Below are positions 28,862-38,416 of a DNA stretch of 64,000 nt, in pieces. The notes under the pieces are model-generated. The model did not search any database and was not told where the DNA came from. It was given only the letters and a program-made list of their open reading frames with translations. This DNA is from a virus (Duplodnaviria > Caudoviricetes): IMG/VR virus record IMGVR_UViG_3300021431_004083, positions 160,001 to 224,000 of that record, one strand, 5' to 3'. How positions within the stretch are numbered: the stretch's first letter is position 1; every line of letters starts with the position of its first letter. A program made the translations under genes and the position numbers.

Positions 28862-29080
28862 TTATATATTTATACGATAACCGATAAACGAAGATAACCA
28901 CTTATAATTTTTATCCAACGCTCTTGCCGCTAACACATAACTGCCGTCTTGGGTAAAAATTTTACGATAAGACACGTTCACTTCAACCATATTTCTATTA
29001 ACTGATATCACAGGTACATCTTCATACTTCGTCCAACCGCCCTTTTCGTTCTTATCACAGAATAATAAAACCGAAATCAA
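28862..29080 (-). pseudogene. FN3-like domain fragment overlapping the end of the dockerin gene
   Basis: KNEKGGWTKYED...RALDKN..WLSSF resembles last domain of 14364..17156 (KNDKGSWTKLED...RALDKN..HLSYF); no clear RBS. Confidence 0.55.
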
Positions 29081-30209
29081 AAGGTGTATACATTCCTATA
29101 AGATGACGTTGAATCAACGCCGCGTCAACAATGGTCACATCACCGTCTCTATCAACATCCGCCGCAATTTTATTGAACGACGGAACAGACAAACCGACAA
29201 TATGACGTTGCAAGACAGTCACGTCGACCACAGTTAAACTACCATCGCCATCAACATCACCGATAGTGATATATTCAGGTATAGTGACCTTATAGCCTTG
29301 CACATCATAAAAACTCAAGAAAGTAGACTCATCATCGCTGACGCATCTGATTGAAAACTTATACGAACCTACGGTATCAGGATGATAGTCAAACTGCGTA
29401 TCTGCGGTACAACCGATACGCTCCCAACCGTTTTCTGTTTTCTCATAAATGGCATACTTAGGGGAACCCTTAACAGCCTTCCATGAAAAATGAATATCAT
29501 TACTGCCAAGCGTAAGCTCGACAGAATCAAACACAGGATTCGGCAAATACGTCAACTCACGACCTCGGATAAAGTCCGTATAAAAAAGAGTACCTTCAGA
29601 GTTCATACCTCGAACCGTCACATTGTGCGTACCATACGGAATATCGGAAGTGACAAACGACGTACCTGACGTAGCACCGATTTTCTGCCACACACCGTTA
29701 TCATCCTTGTAATAAATACGATATTTTGACACGTCCGCCAAAGGCTTCCAGACGAATTTGACACCATCGGCTGTAATCGACGTCACAAACTCAGGAGGCG
29801 TTTGCCAAACCATTATCGCAGCGTCGCTCAATCCTGTAACAGCTGTCTTATAGGCCGCATCCGTAACCTGAACAGCGAACTTATATGTGCCGGGATACGT
29901 CGGCTTATAAACATAAGACAACTTGTCAGTAAAAGCAATACGTGACCACTCTTCAATATCGTCCCTATACACAAAAAGCGCATAGCGAACAGGCGCGCTT
30001 GACGGTAAACCGTACGCGGCGACAGCACTCCATTTCACATGGATACCGGATGCGTCACTGCTGCTAAACGATACCTTGACAGGGTTCGAAACAACAGAAG
30101 AAGAAGACAGCTTTATCGGATGAATATCAGACTCAGCTGAAACAGAAACAGCCCCGATTGAACTCACGATCAGACATAAAACAAAAATAAACGATAAAAA
30201 ACGTTTCAC
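29055..30209 (-). CDS. Secreted protein with three FN3-like repeats and C-terminal dockerin
   Basis: Signal peptide; W...KY.IY....W..IG repeats; GDVDGDGSLTVVDVTVLQRHI / ADVDRDGDVTIVDAALIQRHL. Confidence 0.85.
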   Translation of the reverse strand: MKRFLSFIFVLCLIVSSIGAVSVSAESDIHPIKLSSSSVVSNPVKVSFSSSDASGIHVKWSAVAAYGLPSSAPVRYALFVYRDDIEEWSRIAFTDKLSYVYKPTYPGTYKFAVQVTDAAYKTAVTGLSDAAIMVWQTPPEFVTSITADGVKFVWKPLADVSKYRIYYKDDNGVWQKIGATSGTSFVTSDIPYGTHNVTVRGMNSEGTLFYTDFIRGRELTYLPNPVFDSVELTLGSNDIHFSWKAVKGSPKYAIYEKTENGWERIGCTADTQFDYHPDTVGSYKFSIRCVSDDESTFLSFYDVQGYKVTIPEYITIGDVDGDGSLTVVDVTVLQRHIVGLSVPSFNKIAADVDRDGDVTIVDAALIQRHLIGMYTPFDFGFIIL

Positions 30210-30415
30210 AACAAAACACCCCTTTAAATTATCTCATACTTGCGTACAAATACCAAGAACGGCTAATCCTATATCAACAAACAACATACTATATGTTTCA
30301 TGACACGGAGATTCCCCCTTCACGAAACATATTTCTCTCAATAACATAATAACAAGAAAAATACCGACTGTCAACAAGAAAAGCAAAAAGTCCGAGGAAA
30401 ACCCCGGACCTACTA

Positions 30416-32323
30416 TTAATAATTAAGTTGATTATGAGACTGATTATTACCCGCATCAGGTACATCAGGAACCCTACGAGAATCTATATCAGCGGCAGGT
30501 TCGTCGAATTGATTCGGCTTCAAACCGAAAGCGTCAAGAAACCGCTGAACCTCTTTACTCTCACCGTAAAAATCCCGTTTCAAACCGTGACGAGACATCG
30601 TTTTCTTATAATCCTCTCTGAGACCTTTGGACATATGCTCACCGCCATGACAAGCCGCCTCGAAATACTTATCGATTTCCGATTTCGGCGTACCCGTAAG
30701 ACGGAACGCGACGCCCATCGCCACGCTGTTCTTCGCAGGGAAATTAGAGAAATACGAATACTTAATTGTCTGATTATACTTATCATCCAAGAAAGGTTTA
30801 TATAAATCTCTTTTACCCTCAGGCATATATTCTAATGCCTTCTCAAGATTCAAACAATCCATAACGGATTGGATATGATACGGAATATCCCCGTCGCTGA
30901 GATAATCCCGCGCGTCTTGCGAACCAGTATGCGTCTGACTTATCATCTCAGTATGATAATCACGCAACTTCGGTAAAGGATAATGCTCGAACCCAACAAA
31001 AGGCGTCTTGACAACAGCCGACGCATCGACTTCTGTATCCTTAATGTTTCTGTAATTCCTTATCAAATGCCCCTGATAAGTTAATTGCGTAGACGCCACT
31101 AAATTACCATCCGTACCCTTTACATAATTCCGCTGATAATCGTCCGCCAAATGACGAGACGGCGCCTCACCTGAAGGCATACGGGTAAATACAGTCATAT
31201 CGCAACCGGAATAACAAAACTTGTCTTCGTCACCGTTCTGATATGCGCCTGCTTTGAGCATAGCGTTCGTCTTCGGGTCATGCATGATGACACAACGAAC
31301 AGCCTTATCCTTTGTCCACGGCGCGTCACACTTAACGTCAATAGGACGGTCAAGTACTTTTTCGAAACCATTCGCTTCAAGAATCTTCATAGCATCGTCA
31401 TAAGACGTACCGCTATGTATCTCGCGTACAGCATAATCGACCTTTAAAGGCTTGATGTTCTTTATAATAAGCAACGACGCCTGTTCATAAGGCAAAAGAG
31501 CAGAATTCCCGTCAAAACTGGCGCCGGACGTCACTGCGAGGGGAGCACCGACCAAACCCTCTACAGGATTTAATGCTGTTTGTTGATTAACATAATCAAC
31601 CATTCTCACATCTCTTTGTTTGATACAAGAAAGGAGCGTCGCCATATCGTTATCACAATATTCATAGGCTGATACAAGTTGATCTCCGCGAATGTTCATG
31701 TCATCGAGTCCGAGAAGGCTCATACGACCGACCATCAAATGAGAACCGAGACCACCTGTTCTTCGCCACTCAGCCGCCGCTTCTGTATCAATCTCATACG
31801 CATGATACAAAATAGAGTCGTAAATCTTCGCGGCGTCCTCGTTACCCTCCGTCATCTGAGCACGAAACAAAACAGCATTATCAGGATACATAAGCTTTGC
31901 GCGCTGTATCGATTGTCTTGTATACGAGTCGGATTCGTATTTCATATCAGGAGAAGAAAGGAAATCCAACGTCTTGCACAATATCGTATCGATATTATCA
32001 TCAGGATATCGTGCAGCGGCAGACGTCGCCTTGTCAATCAATTCAGGACAATCGCTGTTCAACGCATAAAAAGCCTCACGTGTATCCCAACCGCCGAACT
32101 TATCAGGATACTCTTTATCGGCACCACGCGTACCCATAGCGTTGACGAAACGATAAAACTTCTGATAAGGAATATCCCCGTGCACGTCGGGACGGTCAAA
32201 AATGGAACCAATCGTTTCCATGAAAAACGGAAACCAAGAAGGGTTGCCTTCGCAAAACGCTTTCGCGGTTCCCGATTGTATTCTGTCTATCACTTCTTGT
32301 TGCTTTTTATCTAAACCCGGCAT
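30416..32323 (-). CDS. Hypothetical protein with duplicated N-terminal EGN domain and C-terminal RRVP tag
   Basis: 635-aa ORF, GAAAGGTG RBS. Confidence 0.8.
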   Translation of the reverse strand: MPGLDKKQQEVIDRIQSGTAKAFCEGNPSWFPFFMETIGSIFDRPDVHGDIPYQKFYRFVNAMGTRGADKEYPDKFGGWDTREAFYALNSDCPELIDKATSAAARYPDDNIDTILCKTLDFLSSPDMKYESDSYTRQSIQRAKLMYPDNAVLFRAQMTEGNEDAAKIYDSILYHAYEIDTEAAAEWRRTGGLGSHLMVGRMSLLGLDDMNIRGDQLVSAYEYCDNDMATLLSCIKQRDVRMVDYVNQQTALNPVEGLVGAPLAVTSGASFDGNSALLPYEQASLLIIKNIKPLKVDYAVREIHSGTSYDDAMKILEANGFEKVLDRPIDVKCDAPWTKDKAVRCVIMHDPKTNAMLKAGAYQNGDEDKFCYSGCDMTVFTRMPSGEAPSRHLADDYQRNYVKGTDGNLVASTQLTYQGHLIRNYRNIKDTEVDASAVVKTPFVGFEHYPLPKLRDYHTEMISQTHTGSQDARDYLSDGDIPYHIQSVMDCLNLEKALEYMPEGKRDLYKPFLDDKYNQTIKYSYFSNFPAKNSVAMGVAFRLTGTPKSEIDKYFEAACHGGEHMSKGLREDYKKTMSRHGLKRDFYGESKEVQRFLDAFGLKPNQFDEPAADIDSRRVPDVPDAGNNQSHNQLNY

Positions 32324-32344
32324 AACACACAACACCTTTCTTGA

Positions 32345-32848
32345 TTATATCAACGAAAACAAATCGACATCGTCACGGGACAATCCTTCACCTGCATTAT
32401 CATCTGGCACCTCGATTTTACGGCGAGCAGGACGAGATGATTCAACATACCCATGAGACGCCGCAAATTGAGAATACGAATCCTCGTAAGCTTTCAACTC
32501 TTCCGCAGATACGTACTCCGCCAAAACATCCTTATCGAACTCATAAAGAGGGTATGCAACAAAGCCTGATAAACGCATGTCCTCAGTTGACTTCACAATA
32601 CCTGCCCCCTTCAGTATATCCTCCGCTTCAGGCATATTGTTGACGTCGACATACGCATGATATTTCGGCAAAAGCTCATTGTCATCCGCAAGATTGACTG
32701 TCAAAGTGCCATAAGGCTCGTCGGGATAATCTCCGCCCTCAGCCATTAACAATGATATTGCCATACAAGAAGGATTTGTCATATACGTATCCAATGTCAA
32801 CTTCATTTTAGCATCCGTATATGTATCGTTCCAATCTAACAGTTTCAA
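32345..32848 (-). CDS. DUF4313-like protein
   Basis: EPYGTLTVNL...AYVDVNN...SGFVAYPLYEF. Confidence 0.75.
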   Translation of the reverse strand: MKLLDWNDTYTDAKMKLTLDTYMTNPSCMAISLLMAEGGDYPDEPYGTLTVNLADDNELLPKYHAYVDVNNMPEAEDILKGAGIVKSTEDMRLSGFVAYPLYEFDKDVLAEYVSAEELKAYEDSYSQFAASHGYVESSRPARRKIEVPDDNAGEGLSRDDVDLFSLI

Positions 32849-32975
32849 AAGAAACACCACCCTTTCAACTTGATAAAACAAGTATATCATACATACACAA
32901 ATTTTACAACAAAAAAAAATTCTCGTTACCGCACAAACGATAACGAGAACCAAAATATACACAAATGTAAATATA

Positions 32976-33521
32976 TTATATCACCTTTGACTGCAACTCA
33001 GGAGAAAGTTCCCAATCAGAACAAGGATATATATTAGACAGACCTTCAAAACCTTTAACAAAAAATCCATAATAAGCCTTGCCTATTTCTTCATTAGACC
33101 AACCATGACGGAACCATTTAGAGCCGTCATCAAAAATAATCTTAGTCTGATGCTCACTTGAATCATGGTGCCTATGCACATAAACATGTTCAAATGACGC
33201 AACCCTCACAATTTTGATATGGAAACGATTCTCCTGAATAGCTGTTCTCATAGTTTTGGTTTTCTTTATCAAACGCCGGATGCCATAACAAAACACGCCG
33301 ATAAATAACAAGAAAAACACACCGATAAATAAAAAACTCGAAATTCGTTCTTTAGAACCGATATCAGCAGATGTTGGACCGAAGAACATACCGAAGAACA
33401 TAAATAAAAAAATACCAAAAAATATTAAAAAGGAAACGATGAACACACCCGACACACACCCAATAAAAGGAACTGTGCCTTTCATCAAATTCTCTTGCGT
33501 CAACACACGTTTCTCTTTCAC
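32976..33521 (-). CDS. Membrane protein (2 TM)
   Basis: Two Phe-rich hydrophobic helices. Confidence 0.7.
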   Translation of the reverse strand: MKEKRVLTQENLMKGTVPFIGCVSGVFIVSFLIFFGIFLFMFFGMFFGPTSADIGSKERISSFLFIGVFFLLFIGVFCYGIRRLIKKTKTMRTAIQENRFHIKIVRVASFEHVYVHRHHDSSEHQTKIIFDDGSKWFRHGWSNEEIGKAYYGFFVKGFEGLSNIYPCSDWELSPELQSKVI

Positions 33522-33618
33522 AGCAAAAACCCCTTTCGACAAATTATAACATACCAATCAACAGAACGCGAACCCTTATCGGAGAAACAAAAACGGCTGT
33601 AAAAACAGCCGTTTCCAA

Positions 33619-34212
33619 TTAAGCATATATCGAACCGACGCCATACAGCGCAACGGCCATGAAAATAACGCAAAGCAGAATACAGGAGCCAAACAAAACA
33701 AGACCTGCGATACCGAAATGACGCGCTTTCTGTCGTTTTGCCTGTGTCTCTTTTCCGGACATCACTAAACCGATAATGCCGAAAACCAAACACGGCAACG
33801 GGCACAAAGCCAAAAGGAAAGTTGAGATAAAGCCAAAAATAACAGTAAACGGCGACATAGATGTCAACGAGCCTGACGCCGACAAAGCGACCACGATCAG
33901 CCAAAACAGCATAGAAAACGCTGATAAAATACCGCAAACCAAAGATACAATGGAAAATGCGTACGCTGTCTGTTTCAAAGGCTGCGGTGCGAACTGACCT
34001 TGATAATAAGACGTCGGCTGTGAATATTGAGGCGCATACTGTTGTTGGTACTGCGGCTGCTGATAATCCACAGGCTGATAAGGCGCCGTCGCCGAATCAG
34101 GCGGACGATAACCGTTATTACTCGCAAAATCCTGCGGCATATTATATTCAGGCAAATCCTGCTGCGGAACAGTCCCCTCGACTGTATCATGCTTTTGATT
34201 GAAATCATCCAT
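33619..34212 (-). CDS. DUF4190-like membrane protein with Q/P/Y-rich N-terminus
   Basis: AFSIVSLVCGILS...FGIIGL...A..GIAG. Confidence 0.7.
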   Translation of the reverse strand: MDDFNQKHDTVEGTVPQQDLPEYNMPQDFASNNGYRPPDSATAPYQPVDYQQPQYQQQYAPQYSQPTSYYQGQFAPQPLKQTAYAFSIVSLVCGILSAFSMLFWLIVVALSASGSLTSMSPFTVIFGFISTFLLALCPLPCLVFGIIGLVMSGKETQAKRQKARHFGIAGLVLFGSCILLCVIFMAVALYGVGSIYA

Positions 34213-34227
34213 AATAAAAAACCTCCG

Positions 34228-34593
34228 TTATATGATATACCAGTTACCGTTTTCAACAATAATACTGGGCTCATTAAGACGCTCGACTGACGTAACATAA
34301 ACAAACACATAACCATTATCGAAAACAGCAACAACAATATCAATACCTTTTTCTAAAAAAACATCGGTATAAGTAGAAACAATATCATACTTACCCGAAG
34401 ACGTATCAACGTCGCAAACCAAAGGATAAAGCTGCATATCGTCATCATTATCAATAAGAGGACGTGAATCATCATACAAAAGGCCATCAAAATCGTTAAA
34501 CGACGCGCCCGAAAACGGAACGATACCTTTCCCGCTGCGCTCGGCCAATTCATTTAACGTCGCAATAAACGCGACAGTTTCCATATCAATCAT
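34228..34593 (-). CDS. Hypothetical protein
   Basis: GGAGG RBS, 121-aa ORF. Confidence 0.65.
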   Translation of the reverse strand: MIDMETVAFIATLNELAERSGKGIVPFSGASFNDFDGLLYDDSRPLIDNDDDMQLYPLVCDVDTSSGKYDIVSTYTDVFLEKGIDIVVAVFDNGYVFVYVTSVERLNEPSIIVENGNWYII

Positions 34594-34616
34594 ACAAACC
34601 TCCGTGACTCCTTAGA

Positions 34617-34964
34617 CTAAACAGGAGAAAACGCGCCGTCGGGAACACCCGTATCAACATGGTTCTCCATAATAGAAATCGTAACTATCTGCCGCAAAAC
34701 ATCGTAACGAACTTTTGTCATCGTTTCATCCTCAAGATAAGAAAGAGGAAAACGACTAACACGTGATATCAAAGAATCCATGTGCGGAATCACATAACAC
34801 GATTTCGTATAGAAACAGTAATCCGCCGTACCGATGCGCAAGTAAATAAACGACACAGGAAACCCGTTTATGGAAACAGCCTGATTACTGAAAGCCAAAC
34901 GGCGAGTATTGTTCAAAAAATCGAGCACATCAATATGCTTTAATCGCATAATTCTCAACTCCAT
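34617..34964 (-). CDS. Hypothetical protein
   Basis: 115-aa ORF, weak RBS. Confidence 0.5.
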   Translation of the reverse strand: MELRIMRLKHIDVLDFLNNTRRLAFSNQAVSINGFPVSFIYLRIGTADYCFYTKSCYVIPHMDSLISRVSRFPLSYLEDETMTKVRYDVLRQIVTISIMENHVDTGVPDGAFSPV

Positions 34965-35028
34965 GTACTATTTTATCCCGTAAAGCCTTACGCGACTAAA
35001 GTCACGGACGTCCGAATAATCGACAGAA

Positions 35029-35580
35029 TCAATCCTCTACATCCGCAGCGGCGAAAACATGCTCATATAAAACATTACCGTCAGCATCCATGTACTTATA
35101 CCCAACCTTCGGGTCGGAAATGCTTGTCTCTGCGGCAATCGAACGAATCGCGGTCTTTGCGCCGTATTTCAACGAACTCTCCTGACCGGCAAGAGCTTCT
35201 TTGACACGCTCCGCTGTATCACCCGAATAAGATTGAGGGAAAACATACTCAAACATAACTGTACTCTCATCCAGAGCATAGAACCTCATATCCTTATATG
35301 TCGATTCAAAACCGGATGAAGCGTCTTCGAACTGCTTTTTGACATCAGCATCCGCCAGATAGTCAAACATATTAGCATAGCCTTTACTCTTACCAGAAAC
35401 AACCGACTGTGTTTCAGAAACAGAAGGCGTCACAGGTAATGTCTCAGCGGAAACGGTCTCAGCCGCATACGCTTCTGTAGGAGCGGGCTCAGTCGCCTGA
35501 TTTTGATTCTTAGCGCAACCTGTCAACATCGCAACAGCGGCAAGACAAACAGCGCAAACACAAATAACACGTTTAAACAA
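35029..35580 (-). CDS. Lipoprotein (DUF4854-like)
   Basis: Lipobox LTGC; C-terminal YMDADGNVLYEHVF. Confidence 0.7.
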   Translation of the reverse strand: MFKRVICVCAVCLAAVAMLTGCAKNQNQATEPAPTEAYAAETVSAETLPVTPSVSETQSVVSGKSKGYANMFDYLADADVKKQFEDASSGFESTYKDMRFYALDESTVMFEYVFPQSYSGDTAERVKEALAGQESSLKYGAKTAIRSIAAETSISDPKVGYKYMDADGNVLYEHVFAAADVED

Positions 35581-35653
35581 AATAATCAGAACCTTTCTAC
35601 TATTTATTTATTATTTATTACAAAAGATATTATCACATATTACAGCACAAAAG

Positions 35654-36190
35654 TCAATCGATTTCCGTAACTTTTTTCAAAAAACTGCATGGCAGCTTAT
35701 ATTTATATTCCTCTCGACCGTGATTAAAACCACGGTCGCACAAAATCATTCCCAATTTCTCACAAAAACGACGAGACGGAACGTCTCTGACGTCACAGCG
35801 AGCATAGAAACAAGACGCCTCATATGTATTATACAGCCATAACATAACGGCATCAACAGCTTCAGCGGCAACATGCTGCCGTCTGTATTCAGACCTCACA
35901 AGCCAACCGAGTTCAATCGACAAATCGCTCATGAACGAATCAAAATAAGCCGTTACGATTCCGATACACTTACCGCCCTTCACTACCGCGAAATCGAGAT
36001 ACAACGGAATGACCATTTTCCACATACTCATCGACTTCGACACATAGGATATCACATTACTCTTTCTTTCCATAGGATAGTGGACCATATAACTTATGGA
36101 AGAATCCATGGCAAAAGCCGCGAAATCATCAAGATGGTCAAAACAAAGCTTCTCAATACTCAAATGTTCTGTTTTTATCAATTCAGCCAT
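35654..36190 (-). CDS. GNAT acetyltransferase (RimJ/RimL type)
   Basis: IKTEHLSI, ELGWLVRSEYRRQH.A.EA, PSRRFCEKLGM. Confidence 0.85.
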   Translation of the reverse strand: MAELIKTEHLSIEKLCFDHLDDFAAFAMDSSISYMVHYPMERKSNVISYVSKSMSMWKMVIPLYLDFAVVKGGKCIGIVTAYFDSFMSDLSIELGWLVRSEYRRQHVAAEAVDAVMLWLYNTYEASCFYARCDVRDVPSRRFCEKLGMILCDRGFNHGREEYKYKLPCSFLKKVTEID

Positions 36191-36957
36191 TACACTTCAA
36201 ACCTCATTTTCATTGACGAATTCAAATCCTTTCTGTAAGAAAACTCTACGATACTCGGATTTTCCGTTCTGACGATATCGAATCCGACAGGCTTACCGTT
36301 TTCTTCTACAATATGAACCTCGACAGTAAAAAAGTCGTTATAAACCGACTCAACGTCAACAACAAAACGGCCATCAACCAAACGTATAACGCTTTTCTCA
36401 ACAACAAAACCCTGCGGATAAAACCTAAAATAGGCATTTGCCTCATCAACATAAACAAAAAAGTCAGGTAAAGCTTCAACATCAGTCTTATACTCACACG
36501 CCGCAAGCATATCATTATAACCGGACAAAGAACATATCATATCGTTCTCAAAAGCGGAGATAAGCTTGTCCTTGAAATCAAGAAGTCTTATCAACGCCGT
36601 ACCGGAACAGGAAACATTTCCAAACCTCACAGAAGACACGTCTCTTTTGCCCGTAAATGCGTCTCTGTTGCGTTCAATCTCTGAAGTATATCTCATATCC
36701 CCTTCCTTCGTCAGCATCAAAACGGAGTGACCTGCGGACGCACTATGATAAATCAAATCAAAAGCGCCGTCACGCAACGCAAATAACGCACCGTCTGTAA
36801 TAGACAAATTCGCCCTGTTCATCGCGGCATAGAGCCTTAATGCGTCCAACACCGTTTCGCTCGCGGACTTATTATGCTTTTTGCCGCAAGCGACAGCATA
36901 ATTATATACAGCTTTCATTTCATCAGGGATATAAATCGTCGTTCTCTCTGCAGACAT
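36190..36957 (-). CDS. Protein with N-terminal ribbon-helix-helix-like segment
   Basis: RTTIYIPDEMKAVY...SASETVLDAL. Confidence 0.55.
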   Translation of the reverse strand: MSAERTTIYIPDEMKAVYNYAVACGKKHNKSASETVLDALRLYAAMNRANLSITDGALFALRDGAFDLIYHSASAGHSVLMLTKEGDMRYTSEIERNRDAFTGKRDVSSVRFGNVSCSGTALIRLLDFKDKLISAFENDMICSLSGYNDMLAACEYKTDVEALPDFFVYVDEANAYFRFYPQGFVVEKSVIRLVDGRFVVDVESVYNDFFTVEVHIVEENGKPVGFDIVRTENPSIVEFSYRKDLNSSMKMRFEV

Positions 36958-37325
36958 TACTGTTCACCCCCGTCAAAAATAATTTGCGTGTTATTGCCAT
37001 CATCATTGTCAGCGAAATCGTTACTCTGCGCAATCCCATCACGCAACATCAAAAGCTGCATAACAGCCAACTCAAAACCCTCATCACGCAGCTCCTTTGT
37101 AGGCGCAATGCGCGTAATAGCGTCAGCGATAAACGACAACGATAACCCGAGAACATCCTCAGGAGAAGCACAGCTGAAAAATTCAGCGGACGAAGAACCG
37201 GTCGGTGCCAACAATACAATAAACGGCGATTTACTACCGGAATCAACTTCCTGCTGCAAACGAGCTATACTCTGCTTGACCGTTTCTTCATATGTGAGAA
37301 AATCTTCCTTCATTTCAACAATCAT
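36957..37325 (-). CDS. Hypothetical protein
   Basis: GAAAGGG RBS; translationally coupled to next genes. Confidence 0.7.
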   Translation of the reverse strand: MIVEMKEDFLTYEETVKQSIARLQQEVDSGSKSPFIVLLAPTGSSSAEFFSCASPEDVLGLSLSFIADAITRIAPTKELRDEGFELAVMQLLMLRDGIAQSNDFADNDDGNNTQIIFDGGEQ

Positions 37326-37447
37326 TCCCTTTCAATTATGTCGTATTACGAAGGTGATACTTTGTTAATACGATAATAACACACGAAAGGAAAAAAGTCA
37401 AGAAAAAAGAACCGTGCAAAACAGCACGGTTCCTTCCTGTCATTTCA

Positions 37448-37792
37448 TCAGAAATCAAGACCATCCATATCAAGCTCCTGAGCGCCTGCGGTAAAAGCGT
37501 CATTATCAAACGCGCTTTTCCCTGCCATACTGAAACGTGCGACATTCGTCTCGGTTTGCATATCCGCCCGGTTACGCTGCGACGCCACATCCTGCATCTG
37601 CTTACCGCGCTCCCCTTTTGCTTTAGCGGACGCCTCTTTTTCATTCGCGATCTGACTCTCATAAGACTCACGCTGGCGACCTTCTCCTAAATTACCGGAA
37701 AAGATATCATCAAAAGCGCTTGTGATTGTTGCTCCGACTTCCTCTGATAACTTACGTTCACTTTGCCCGTAGGCTTTTCCGTATAAACTCAT
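37448..37792 (-). CDS. Hypothetical hydrophilic protein
   Basis: AAGGAG RBS; ends ELDMDGLDF. Confidence 0.75.
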   Translation of the reverse strand: MSLYGKAYGQSERKLSEEVGATITSAFDDIFSGNLGEGRQRESYESQIANEKEASAKAKGERGKQMQDVASQRNRADMQTETNVARFSMAGKSAFDNDAFTAGAQELDMDGLDF

Positions 37793-37822
37793 AATAAATT
37801 ACTCCTTTTCTGTATAAATGAA

Positions 37823-38395
37823 TCAAGGCTCAGGTTGATAATCAGGCGTATCAACATCAGGCGACGGTAAATCAGGAACCATACGAGCAAATGTTTTGTT
37901 CAAACCGTCCTCGACCGACTCATAACCCGGCTTCTCCCGATACTTGCCGACATCACCATCCTTTGTAATTTCACCCGCAAACCGTTCAACAGCGGCATCG
38001 TCAGCCTGATTCTCAGACTGATTGGCCAACTTACGACCATCGCTTACGATTTCCTTCTTGAGCGCCTCAAAACAAGCGTCTTTGATACGATTACGACCGG
38101 CTCGCGTATCGTGTTTCATAGCATCAAGCTTACCTTCGTTATATGCCTCAACAGCACGGGAATCAGACGAAAGCTCCTCTTCATAAGCAACACGCCTTTC
38201 GTCTCGGACGCCCTCGAACTCACCGACGCCCGCTTCTTGTCGCTTTCGCTCGTCGCGCAATTCATCGTAGTCCAAATGACTCGCGTCATACTGATGCTGT
38301 TCCTCCAATGAATGCTGACCTTTCGTATCGTTACCTGCAGCGCCGGTAACACGATTCGCTGTCACCCTTCGCAATACACGCTTCGCTTTACTCAT
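37823..38395 (-). CDS. Hypothetical charged protein carrying C-terminal RMVP tag
   Basis: GAAGGAG RBS. Confidence 0.75.
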   Translation of the reverse strand: MSKAKRVLRRVTANRVTGAAGNDTKGQHSLEEQHQYDASHLDYDELRDERKRQEAGVGEFEGVRDERRVAYEEELSSDSRAVEAYNEGKLDAMKHDTRAGRNRIKDACFEALKKEIVSDGRKLANQSENQADDAAVERFAGEITKDGDVGKYREKPGYESVEDGLNKTFARMVPDLPSPDVDTPDYQPEP

Positions 38396-38416
38396 AAACA
38401 ACACTCCTTCAAGATA

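Noticed and set aside
35654-36957. RHH + GNAT toxin-antitoxin pair
   Set aside because: GNAT is RimJ/RimL type and the RHH-like protein is 255 aa, unlike TacAT/AtaRT modules
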